Below, one piece after another: positions 56,893 to 64,000 of a stretch of DNA of 64,000 nt. How positions within the stretch are numbered: the stretch's first letter is position 1; every line of letters starts with the position of its first letter. The stretch covers positions 27,235 to 91,234 of the forward strand of contig JACPAY010000002.1 of the NCBI GenBank assembly GCA_016180575.1. The letters run 5' to 3'. Position numbers and translations under genes: made by a program. This DNA is from Candidatus Omnitrophota bacterium (GTDB lineage Bacteria; Omnitrophota; Gorgyraeia; Aquiviventales; Aquiviventaceae). The notes beneath the pieces were generated by a model. The model was not told the DNA's origin. It saw nothing but the letters and a program-made list of their open reading frames with translations, and did no database searches.

Positions 56893-57834
56893 TTGCAACA
56901 GCGCAGCGCGCGCCACTTCCTCACGGTGAGCGACCTCACCCGCGAAGAGCTGGGCGCGCTCTTCCGCACCGCCGCGCGCGTCAAGCGGCGGCCCTCGGCC
57001 GGACGGGCCGCGCTGGCGGGGAAGACTGTCGCCCTAGTCTTCCAGAAACCGTCCATGCGGACCCGCGTGGCGTTTGAGGTGGCGGTGCTTCAGCTGGGCG
57101 GGTCGGTGGTCTATCTCGGCCAGGACGATATCCAGCTGGGGCTGCGGGAGCCGGTCAAGGACGTCGCGCGGGCGCTCTCGCGCTACGTGGACGGGATCGT
57201 GGTGCGGACGTTCTCGCACGAGAACGCGGTGGAGTTCGCGGCGTACGCGGCGATCCCGGTCATCAACGGGCTCTCGGACCTCGTCCACCCGTGCCAGGCG
57301 CTGGCGGACCTCTTCACGCTGCAGGAAACGTTCGGCCGCCTCAAGGGGCTGCGGCTGGCCTACGTGGGCGACGGGAACAACGTGCTGCACTCGCTGCTGG
57401 AGGGATGCGCCCTCTTCGGCGTGCGCGTGGCGGTGGCGACGCCGAGCCGCTACCGGCCCGATCCGGCCATCTGGAAGGCGGCCTCGCGGCAGGCGGCGGC
57501 GCACGGCGGCTCGCTGCGGTGGGACGCGGATCCGCGCCGCGTGATGCGCAAGGCGGACGCCGTGTACACCGATGTCTGGGTGAGCATGGGGCAGGAGCGG
57601 GAGCGCGCGCGACGGCTGCGGGCGTTTGCGCCCTACCAGCTCAACCGGGCGCTGCTGGGGCAGGCGCCGCGCGGCTGCCGGGTCATGCACTGCCTGCCGG
57701 CGCACCGGGGCGAGGAGATCACCGACGAGGTGATGGAAAGCCCGCGCTCCGTCATCTTCGACCAAGCGGAGAACCGGCTGCACGTCCAGAAGGCGCTCTT
57801 GATGATGCTCCTCGGAACGAAAGGGTCGCGATGA
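56893..57834 (+). CDS. argF: Ornithine carbamoyltransferase
   Basis: RHFLTVSDLTREEL and STRTR-like motif region, HCLPAHRGEE. The start is uncertain; TTG at 56893 was chosen downstream of the repeat. Confidence 0.8.
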   Translation: MQQRSARHFLTVSDLTREELGALFRTAARVKRRPSAGRAALAGKTVALVFQKPSMRTRVAFEVAVLQLGGSVVYLGQDDIQLGLREPVKDVARALSRYVDGIVVRTFSHENAVEFAAYAAIPVINGLSDLVHPCQALADLFTLQETFGRLKGLRLAYVGDGNNVLHSLLEGCALFGVRVAVATPSRYRPDPAIWKAASRQAAAHGGSLRWDADPRRVMRKADAVYTDVWVSMGQERERARRLRAFAPYQLNRALLGQAPRGCRVMHCLPAHRGEEITDEVMESPRSVIFDQAENRLHVQKALLMMLLGTKGSR

Positions 57835-59012
57835 ATCGCACGGTGGTGCTGGCCTACTCGGGGGGGTTGGACACGTCGGTCTGCGTGAAGTGGCTGACGG
57901 AGCGCGGGTCCCGCGTCGTCGCGTTCATGGCCGACGTCGGCCAGGGCGATCCCTCGGCCAAGGCGATCGCCCGCGCCAAAGCGGCCGGGGCGTCCCGGGT
58001 CATCGTCCGGGACCTGCGCCGGGAGTTCGTGGCGGACTACTGCTGGCCGGCGCTGCAGGCGCACGCGGTCTATGAGGGCAAGTACCTGCTGGCCACGGCG
58101 CTCTCCCGGCCGCTCATCGCGGCCCACCTGGTGGACGTGGCGCACCGCCTCGGCGCGACGGCGGTCGCGCACGGGTGCACGGGCAAAGGGAACGATCAGG
58201 TGCGATTCGAGGTGACCGTGCGCACCCTCGATCCGCGGCTTGAGATTGTGGCGCCGGTGCGGGAATGGGAGTTCAAGTCGCGCGAGGAGGAGATCGACTA
58301 CGCCAAGCGCCACCGCATCCCCATCGACATCTCCAAGCGCAGCCCGTACAGCATCGACCAGAACCTGTGGGGCACGAGCATCGAGTCGGGCGTGCTGGAG
58401 GACCCGCAGGCGGAGCCGCCCGCGGACACGTACCGGTCCATCCGCGCCCCGGAGCGCGCCAAGGGCGCGCCGGCGTACGTGACGGTGGCGTTCTCGCGCG
58501 GGGTGCCGACGCGGCTCAACGGGACGGCGCATGCGCCGGTGGCGCTGGTCGAGCGGCTCAATCGGCTGGGTGCGGCGCACGGCATCGGGCGCTCGGACCT
58601 CATCGAGAGCCGGGTCGTCGGGATCAAGTCGCGCGAGGTGTACGAGGCGCCGGCCGGGACGATCCTGTTCGAGGCGCACCAGGAGCTTGAGCGCCTCGTG
58701 CTCGACCGCGAGCTGCTGCAGTTCAAGCAGGGGGTGGCGGGCGACTACGCGCGCCTCGTCTACGCGGGGCTGTGGCTGACGCCGCTCAAGCGCGCGCTGG
58801 ACGCGTTCGTGCGCCAGACGCAGCGCCGCGTGACCGGGACGGTCCGGCTCAAGCTGTTCAAGGGCTCCTGCCGCGTCGTGGGCCGCAGCTCGCCGTACAG
58901 CCTGTATCGGGAGCGCCTCGCGACCTACTCCGCGCGCGATGCGTTCGACCAGCGCGCAGCGGAGGGATTTATTAAACTCTACGGCCTCCCGTATGAAGGG
59001 AGCGGGAAATAG
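57831..59012 (+). CDS. argG: Argininosuccinate synthase
   Basis: Motifs VLAYSGGLDTS and GCTGKGNDQVRFE. ATGA overlap with argF. Confidence 0.9.
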   Translation: MNRTVVLAYSGGLDTSVCVKWLTERGSRVVAFMADVGQGDPSAKAIARAKAAGASRVIVRDLRREFVADYCWPALQAHAVYEGKYLLATALSRPLIAAHLVDVAHRLGATAVAHGCTGKGNDQVRFEVTVRTLDPRLEIVAPVREWEFKSREEEIDYAKRHRIPIDISKRSPYSIDQNLWGTSIESGVLEDPQAEPPADTYRSIRAPERAKGAPAYVTVAFSRGVPTRLNGTAHAPVALVERLNRLGAAHGIGRSDLIESRVVGIKSREVYEAPAGTILFEAHQELERLVLDRELLQFKQGVAGDYARLVYAGLWLTPLKRALDAFVRQTQRRVTGTVRLKLFKGSCRVVGRSSPYSLYRERLATYSARDAFDQRAAEGFIKLYGLPYEGSGK

Positions 59013-59013
59013 G

Positions 59014-60417
59014 ATGGCACGCAAACTGTGGGGTGGACGGTTCATGAAGCGGACGGACCCGCTCGTGGAGCGGTACACCTCGAGCATCGGGGTGGATTAC
59101 CGGCTTGCCCGGTACGATGTCCTGGGCTCCATCGCGCATGCCCAGATGCTGGGCAAGTGCCGCATCATCCGGGCGGCGGAGAGCCGCCGGCTCGTCGCCG
59201 GCCTCACGCGCATCCTCCGCGCCGTCGAGGCGGGGCGATGGCGGCCTGACCCCCGGGCGGAGGACATCCACACGCAGATCCAGCAGTGGCTCACGCGGCT
59301 CGTCGGCCCGGCGGCCCGCACGCTCCACACCGCGCGCAGCCGCAACGACCAGGTGGCGCTGGACCTGCGGCTCTACTGCCGCGAGGCGGTGGCGGAGCTG
59401 TCGGCGCGCATCCGGGAGCTGCAGCGCTCGCTCGTCCGGATCGCCGCCGCGCACCGCCGGGCGGTGATCCCCGGCTACACGCACCTGCAGCGGGCCCAGC
59501 CGGTGCTGCTCGCGCACCACCTGCTCGCCTATGTGGAGATGCTGGAGCGCGACCAGGAACGGCTGCGGGACGCCCGCAAGCGGATCGACGTCCTGCCGCT
59601 GGGCGCCGGCGCGCTCGCGGGGACGTCGCTTCCCATCGACCGCCGCGACGTGGCCAAGCGGCTCGGCTTTCCCCGGGTGGCCGAGAACAGCATCGATGCG
59701 GTGTCCGACCGGGACTTCGCGCTGGAGCTGCTGTCGGCGCTCGCGATCCTGGGCGTGCACCTCTCCCGCCTGGCCGAGGATGGCGTCCTGTGGACCACGG
59801 AGGAGTTCGGCATCCTCGCCCTGGACGACGCGGTGGCGACCGGCTCGAGCCTCATGCCGCAGAAGAAGAACCCCGACGTCTTCGAGCTGGTCCGCGGCCA
59901 GGCCGGGATCGTCATCGGGGAGCTGACGGCGCTTTTGGCGGTGCTGAAGGGGTTGCCCCTGTCGTATAATCGAGATCTGCAGTGGGACAAGCGGTGCGTG
60001 TTCGGCGCCGTGGAGATCAGCCTTGACGCGCTGGCGGCGCTGGCGCTCGTGCTTCGGCACGCCCAGGTGCGGACGGCGCGCCTGCCGGCGCTCCTCGTCT
60101 CCGACGCGCTCTGCGCGACGGACCTGGCCGAGCATCTGGTCGAGCGGGGCGTGGCGTTCGCCGACGCGCATGGGGTCGTCGGCCGGGTCGTGTCCTACGC
60201 CGAGCAGCGGGGCAAGCGGCTCCGGGACCTGTCCCTCGATGAGCTGCGCCGGTTCTCCGGCCGGTTCGACCGCCAGGCGCTGGCCCGGCTCGACCCGGAG
60301 CGCTCCGTCGAGCGCAAGCGCAGCCTGGGCAGCACGAGCCCTGCGGAGGTCGCGCGGGCGCTGGCCCGCTGGCAGCGGCAGCTTGGTATCAGATACCAAT
60401 CGGGGCACGGTATCTGA
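59014..60417 (+). CDS. argH: Argininosuccinate lyase
   Basis: Motifs KLWGGRF and GSSLMPQKKNPD. The last 11 aa and the stop are encoded by a family-C element. Confidence 0.9.
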   Translation: MARKLWGGRFMKRTDPLVERYTSSIGVDYRLARYDVLGSIAHAQMLGKCRIIRAAESRRLVAGLTRILRAVEAGRWRPDPRAEDIHTQIQQWLTRLVGPAARTLHTARSRNDQVALDLRLYCREAVAELSARIRELQRSLVRIAAAHRRAVIPGYTHLQRAQPVLLAHHLLAYVEMLERDQERLRDARKRIDVLPLGAGALAGTSLPIDRRDVAKRLGFPRVAENSIDAVSDRDFALELLSALAILGVHLSRLAEDGVLWTTEEFGILALDDAVATGSSLMPQKKNPDVFELVRGQAGIVIGELTALLAVLKGLPLSYNRDLQWDKRCVFGAVEISLDALAALALVLRHAQVRTARLPALLVSDALCATDLAEHLVERGVAFADAHGVVGRVVSYAEQRGKRLRDLSLDELRRFSGRFDRQALARLDPERSVERKRSLGSTSPAEVARALARWQRQLGIRYQSGHGI

Positions 60418-60420
60418 TAC
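60384..60420. repeat. Family-C REPIN-like element (TTGGTATCAGATACCAA ... GGTATCTGATAC)
   Basis: It encodes LGIRYQSGHGI* of argH. Confidence 0.8.
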
Positions 60421-60431
60421 GCTGAGGTGAG

Positions 60432-61709
60432 ATGTACTATCCACACGACTTCAAGCGGGTGAGGGGCGAGCTCTACTGTGAGCAGGTGCCGGTGGCGCGC
60501 ATCGCCGAGGCGGTGGGGACGCCCGTCTACATCTACAGCCACAAGACGCTGGTGGACCACCTCCGGAAGCTGCAAGCGGCCTTTCGGACGCTGCGCCCGC
60601 TCATCTGCTTTTCCGTCAAGGCGAACGGGAACCTGGCGATCCTCCGCCTCCTCGTCCGCGAGGGGGCGGGCCTGGACATCGTCTCCGGCGGGGAGCTGTT
60701 CAAGGCGCTGCGGGTCGGCTGCCCCCCGTCGCGGATCGTCTTCGCGAGCGTCGGGAAGCGGCCGGAGGAGATCCGCGAGTCGCTCCGGGCCGGCATCTTC
60801 TGCTTCAACGTCGAGTCGGCGCCCGAGCTGGACGCGGTCGACCGGATCGCCCGCGCGATGGGCCGGACGGCGCGCGTCGCGCTGCGGGTCAACCCCGACG
60901 TCGAGGCCCACACGCACCGCTACATCACGACCGGGGTCGCCGAGAGCAAGTTCGGCATCGACCCCCGCACGGCCGTGGAGCTCCTGCGCCGCGCGGAGAC
61001 GTTCGCCGGGGTGCGCATCGTGGGGCTGCACCTGCACATCGGCTCGCAGATCACGCAGGCCGAGCCCTTTGTCCGGGCGATCCGGCGGGTGGCGGAGGTG
61101 CTGAAGGCGGGCAGGCACGCCGGGGCGCCGCTGGAATGGCTGAACCTCGGCGGCGGCCTCGGGATCATCTACAAGAACGAGCGCCCGCAGACCCCGCAGC
61201 AGTTCGCCGCGGCGGTCCTGCCGCTCCTGCGGCCGCTGCGGGCGCGGCTCATCCTGGAGCCGGGCCGGTTCATCGTCGGCAACGCGGGGATCCTCGTGAC
61301 CGAGGTGCTGTACGTCAAACAGGCCCGCGGCAAGCGGTTCGCCGTGGTGGATGCGGGCATGAACGACCTGGTCCGCCCCGCGCTCTACGGCGCCTACCAC
61401 GAGGTCATCCCGGCGGTGCAGCCCGCGCGCGCGGCAAGCGGCCTCGCGCGCTATGACGTGGTCGGGCCGGTGTGCGAGAGCGCCGACGTCCTGGCGAGGA
61501 ACCGGCGCCTGGGGCCGGTGAAGCCCGGGCACCTGCTGGCGGTGCTGGGCGCCGGGGCGTACGGCTCCGTGATGGCGTCGAACTACAACGGGCGGCTGCG
61601 GCCGGCCGAGGTCCTCGTCCGGGGCCGCCGCTTTGCGCTCATCCGGCGGCGCGAGACGGTGCGCGACCTCATCCGCCACGACGTGATGCCCCGCGCGCTG
61701 CTCAGATGA
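60432..61709 (+). CDS. lysA: Diaminopimelate decarboxylase
   Basis: Motifs CFSVKAN, GLHLHIGSQ and EPGR. Confidence 0.9.
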   Translation: MYYPHDFKRVRGELYCEQVPVARIAEAVGTPVYIYSHKTLVDHLRKLQAAFRTLRPLICFSVKANGNLAILRLLVREGAGLDIVSGGELFKALRVGCPPSRIVFASVGKRPEEIRESLRAGIFCFNVESAPELDAVDRIARAMGRTARVALRVNPDVEAHTHRYITTGVAESKFGIDPRTAVELLRRAETFAGVRIVGLHLHIGSQITQAEPFVRAIRRVAEVLKAGRHAGAPLEWLNLGGGLGIIYKNERPQTPQQFAAAVLPLLRPLRARLILEPGRFIVGNAGILVTEVLYVKQARGKRFAVVDAGMNDLVRPALYGAYHEVIPAVQPARAASGLARYDVVGPVCESADVLARNRRLGPVKPGHLLAVLGAGAYGSVMASNYNGRLRPAEVLVRGRRFALIRRRETVRDLIRHDVMPRALLR

Positions 61710-62626
61710 CGGGCGTGCCGATTCCATTCACCAAGATGGTCGGGACCGGCAACGACTTCGTCGTGGTGGATGCCGTGGCGCGTTCCTTCGGCCGCCTGCG
61801 GGCGAGGTGGGGCGCGGTCAGCCGGGCGCTGTGCGACCGGCACGCCGGGATCGGCGCCGACGGATTGCTCGTGCTGGAGCGCTCGCCCCGCGCGGATGTC
61901 CGGATGCGGGTGTTCAACCCGGACGGCTCGGAGGCCGAGATGTGCGGCAACGGGGCCCGCTGCGTCGCGCGCTATCTCCAGGAACGCATCCGGCGGCGCG
62001 GCGACGGCAAGGCGCCCGTCACAATCGAGACGCGGGCCGGGCTCATTGCCGCCAAGGTGCTCGGCCGTCCCGCGGCCGACGGCGCCCGGCGCGTCGCCAT
62101 GCGGATGACGGACCCAACGGGGCTGCGCCTCGAGATGAGCCTGCCGGTCGAGGGGCGCCGCCTGCGCCTGGGGTTCGTGAACGCTGGCGTCCCTCACGCG
62201 GTCGTGTCCGTCGCCTCGCTTGACGCCGTCGATGTGGCGCGCCTGGGGCGGCTGATCCGGCGCCACCGCGCGTTCGCCCCGGCGGGGGCCAACGTGAACT
62301 TCATCCAGCCGGATGCCCGGCATCCGTCGCGGTTGCGGGTGCGGACCTATGAGCGCGGCGTCGAAGGCGAGACGCTCGCCTGCGGGACCGGCGCGGCCGC
62401 CTCGGCGGTCGTGTACGGCGCGCGCCGCCAGCTCGTGGCGGACGGTGCGATGCCCTCGACGGAGCGGCATCGGTACGAGGTGCAGGTGCAGAGCGGCGAG
62501 GTGATGGCGGTGTCCTTCCGCGCCTCCCGCGCCGGGCGAACCCCGCGCGTCACCGACCTCATGCTCGAGGGCGGGGCGGAGCAAGTCTTCGAGGGCACCG
62601 TCGTGTGGCCAGGGGGGAGGGGCTGA
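61706..62626 (+). CDS. dapF: Diaminopimelate epimerase
   Basis: Motifs FTKMVGTGNDFVVVD and CGNGARC. Confidence 0.85.
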   Translation: MTGVPIPFTKMVGTGNDFVVVDAVARSFGRLRARWGAVSRALCDRHAGIGADGLLVLERSPRADVRMRVFNPDGSEAEMCGNGARCVARYLQERIRRRGDGKAPVTIETRAGLIAAKVLGRPAADGARRVAMRMTDPTGLRLEMSLPVEGRRLRLGFVNAGVPHAVVSVASLDAVDVARLGRLIRRHRAFAPAGANVNFIQPDARHPSRLRVRTYERGVEGETLACGTGAAASAVVYGARRQLVADGAMPSTERHRYEVQVQSGEVMAVSFRASRAGRTPRVTDLMLEGGAEQVFEGTVVWPGGRG

Positions 62627-63531
62627 TGGCACGGCTGATCCTGCAGGGATCCATGGTGGCGCTGGTCACCCCGTTCCGGAACGACCAGATCGACGAGCCC
62701 GCGCTCAAGCGGCTCATCGAGCTGCAGGTGGAGGGCGGCACCAGCGCCATTGTGCCCTGCGGCACGACGGGAGAGTCCGCGACGCTTTCCTTCGACGAGC
62801 ATGAGCGCGTCATCGAGCTGGCGGTGCAGGCGGTGCGGGGCCGCATCCCGGTCATCGCCGGGACCGGCTCCAACAACACGCGGGAGGCGATCCGGCTGAC
62901 GAAGCACGCGAAGGAGGCCGGGGCGGACGCGGCGCTGCTCATCTCGCCCTACTACAACAAGCCGACGCAGCGGGGGCTCACCCTGCACTTCAAGGCGATC
63001 GCCGAAGCGGTCGATCTGCCGCTGATCGTCTATAACATCGCCTCGCGGACGGCGGTCAACATCGAGCCGGAGACGTTCGCCCAGCTGGCCGCCATCAAGA
63101 ACATTGTGGCAGTCAAGGAGTCAAGCGGCAACCTCGAGCAGATGAGCCGGATCCTGCAGCTCACCCAGGGAAAGCTCACGCTCCTCTCAGGGGACGACGC
63201 GCTGACGCTGCCGGTCCTCGCCATTGGAGGCACGGGGGTCATCTCCGTGGCGGCCAACCTGGTCCCCCGCGACGTGGCCGCGATGGTCGCGGCGTTCCGC
63301 GCCGGGCGGCAGGAGGAGGCGCTCCAGCGGCACCAGCGCCTTGCGCCGCTCGTGAAAGCGCTGTTCCTGGAGACCAACCCCATCCCGGTCAAGACCGCGA
63401 TGGGCCTGCTGGGGATGATCGAGCCGGAGCTGCGCCTGCCCCTCTGCGGGATGTCCGAGGCGAACGAGGCCAGGCTCCGCCAGGCCCTGGAGGCCTACGG
63501 CCTGCTGAAACCGGGCGCTCGTCTGGATTGA
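62626..63531 (+). CDS. dapA: 4-hydroxy-tetrahydrodipicolinate synthase
   Basis: Motifs GSMVALVTPF and GTTGES. Confidence 0.9.
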   Translation: MARLILQGSMVALVTPFRNDQIDEPALKRLIELQVEGGTSAIVPCGTTGESATLSFDEHERVIELAVQAVRGRIPVIAGTGSNNTREAIRLTKHAKEAGADAALLISPYYNKPTQRGLTLHFKAIAEAVDLPLIVYNIASRTAVNIEPETFAQLAAIKNIVAVKESSGNLEQMSRILQLTQGKLTLLSGDDALTLPVLAIGGTGVISVAANLVPRDVAAMVAAFRAGRQEEALQRHQRLAPLVKALFLETNPIPVKTAMGLLGMIEPELRLPLCGMSEANEARLRQALEAYGLLKPGARLD

Positions 63532-63533
63532 AC

Positions 63534-64000
63534 ATGGCGATTAAGCTGGTCATCTCAGGTTGTTGCGGGCGGATGGGGCGCAGCATCGCGCTGCTCGCCC
63601 TGCAGGATCCGGCGTTCACCCTCAGCGCGGCCGTGGAGGCCGCCGGGCATGAGGCGGTGGGCCGCGACCTCGGGTTGGCGATCGGCCACCCGTCGGACCT
63701 TGGCGTGAAGGTGGCGAGCGACGCCCGGGCGGCGATCGCGCAGGGCGACGTCGTCATCGAATTCACCACGCCCGACGTGACGGTCGCCCACGCGCAGCTG
63801 GCCCAGGAGCTGCGCAAGGCGATGGTCATCGGGACGACCGGGCTCTCCGACGCCCAGCTGCAGACGGTCCGCCTGGCGTCGAAGACGGTCCCCATCGTGC
63901 TGAGCCCGAACATGAGCCCCGGCGTCAATGTGCTCTTCGAGCTCGCCCAGGCTGCGGCCCAGCGGCTGGGGCCGGACTATGACGCGGAGGTGGTGGAATG
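63534..64000 (+). CDS. dapB: 4-hydroxy-tetrahydrodipicolinate reductase, 3'-truncated at window edge
   Basis: MAIKLVISGCCGRMGR is a typical DapB N-terminus. Confidence 0.8.
   Translation, partial: MAIKLVISGCCGRMGRSIALLALQDPAFTLSAAVEAAGHEAVGRDLGLAIGHPSDLGVKVASDARAAIAQGDVVIEFTTPDVTVAHAQLAQELRKAMVIGTTGLSDAQLQTVRLASKTVPIVLSPNMSPGVNVLFELAQAAAQRLGPDYDAEVVE

Overview
This is a 64 kb window from a high-GC (about 70 %) diderm bacterial genome, most likely a metagenome-assembled or environmental lineage. Genes are tightly packed on the + strand, and many adjacent genes overlap as ATGA or TGATG stop/start pairs. Positions 1-23 kb hold a large surface-glycan / LPS-like cluster. It encodes two Wzy/O-antigen-ligase paralogs, two GT9 heptosyltransferases, five or more GT2 domains (one fused to a methyltransferase, two fused behind a sulfotransferase), a DegT aminotransferase, an FdtA-like ketoisomerase, a sugar C-methyltransferase, two SDR epimerase/dehydratases, a Gfo/Idh/MocA oxidoreductase, two SAM methyltransferases, a polysaccharide deacetylase, a DUF2029 GT-C membrane transferase and an MGDG-synthase-like GT28. 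Housekeeping genes follow: family-4 UDG, priA, def-fmt, a tandem pair of GalT-like genes, gap-pgk-tpiA-secG, an Opp/Dpp ABC peptide transporter, marC, glgC, thiG, a membrane-anchored spermidine-synthase/TPR giant protein, a TtuC/LeuB-family dehydrogenase, asd, truA, an SNF transporter, tRNA-Leu(TAA), rplM-rpsI, a complete argCJBDFGH operon and lysA-dapFAB. The most unusual property is a dense population of short, structure-conserving palindromic elements in at least five families. Many of them lie inside or at the ends of conserved genes, always in-frame. They supply stop codons, start codons and short N- or C-terminal peptides (family C at asd, argH, oppF; family A at pgk and the heptosyltransferase; family B at priA; a 7-mer array at GalT1). 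In-frame insertions also sit inside asd and a sugar oxidoreductase, which is reminiscent of Rickettsia palindromic elements. A separate pair of about 165-nt structured elements (5359-5523 and 49803-49972) shows compensatory base changes in three helices and is a candidate novel structured RNA. A low-GC patch around tRNA-Leu carries small orphan ORFs, and rplM shows an apparent 5' frameshift downstream of a perfect promoter.
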